Source: Bifidobacterium breve (GTDB lineage: Bacteria; Actinomycetota; Thermoleophilia; Miltoncostaeales; Miltoncostaeaceae). From it: a stretch of 58,439 nucleotides of DNA. The notes under the pieces were generated by a model, which saw only the letters and a program-made list of their open reading frames with translations, had not been told where the DNA came from and made no database searches. Positions 57,303 to 58,439 of this stretch are shown piece by piece. The first letter of the stretch is position 1; the number at the start of each line of letters is the position of its first letter. The position numbers and the translations under genes are program-made. Location of the stretch: assembly GCA_945876305.1 (NCBI GenBank), contig CAMCOB010000001.1, forward strand, positions 1 to 58,439. Reading direction: 5' to 3'.

Positions 57303-58439
<1,137 letters not shown>

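Overview
High-GC (about 70%) actinobacterium-like chromosomal segment. It is almost entirely housekeeping genes, and these run mostly on the minus strand in very tightly packed operons. Gene order from right to left: clpX(partial)-valS-folC-(Zn-ribbon membrane protein)-ndk-maf-mreBCD-mrdA-rodA-(unknown)-rng; then an opposite-strand orphan solute-binding protein; then rplU-rpmA-obg-proB-proA-nadD-rsfS-tRNA-Ala(GGC). An approximately 8.7 kb mixed-strand accessory block follows (28.2-36.9 kb): GNAT, csp, DUF3137-like protein, MFS efflux pump, CorA fragment, esterase, lipoprotein, secreted protein, Lon-like S16 lipoprotein and a pentapeptide-repeat remnant. The minus-strand run then resumes: leuS-comEA-comEC-holA, rpsT (plus strand), murJ-lepA-hemW-hrcA-(unknown acidic protein)-dnaJ-prmA-rsmE-HIT-phoH-ybeY-dgkA::PAP2-era-(DeoC-like)-hisIE-trpEGDC-(beta-helix secreted protein)-tlpA-ccmH-DUF72. 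I saw no CRISPR array, transposase, integrase or recognisable defence system. The most unusual signal is translational. Fourteen gene junctions use canonical 4-nt start/stop overlaps (GTGA x10, ATGA x3, TTGA x1). Four more junctions have the same geometry with CTG (CTGA). At two of these (maf, and the beta-helix protein with its signal peptide) no canonical start can encode the conserved N-terminus. Three further genes (mreB, rsfS, valS) also have conserved N-terminal sequence lying upstream of any ATG/GTG/TTG. Other points worth a second look: a DeoC-fold protein lacking all three catalytic lysines; a DgkA-PAP2 fusion; an unknown acidic protein translationally coupled inside hrcA-dnaJ; a lipoprotein-type Lon-like S16 peptidase with a large novel C-terminal region; and gene remnants next to tRNA-Ala. 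All functional calls come from reading motifs in the supplied translations; no database search was run.
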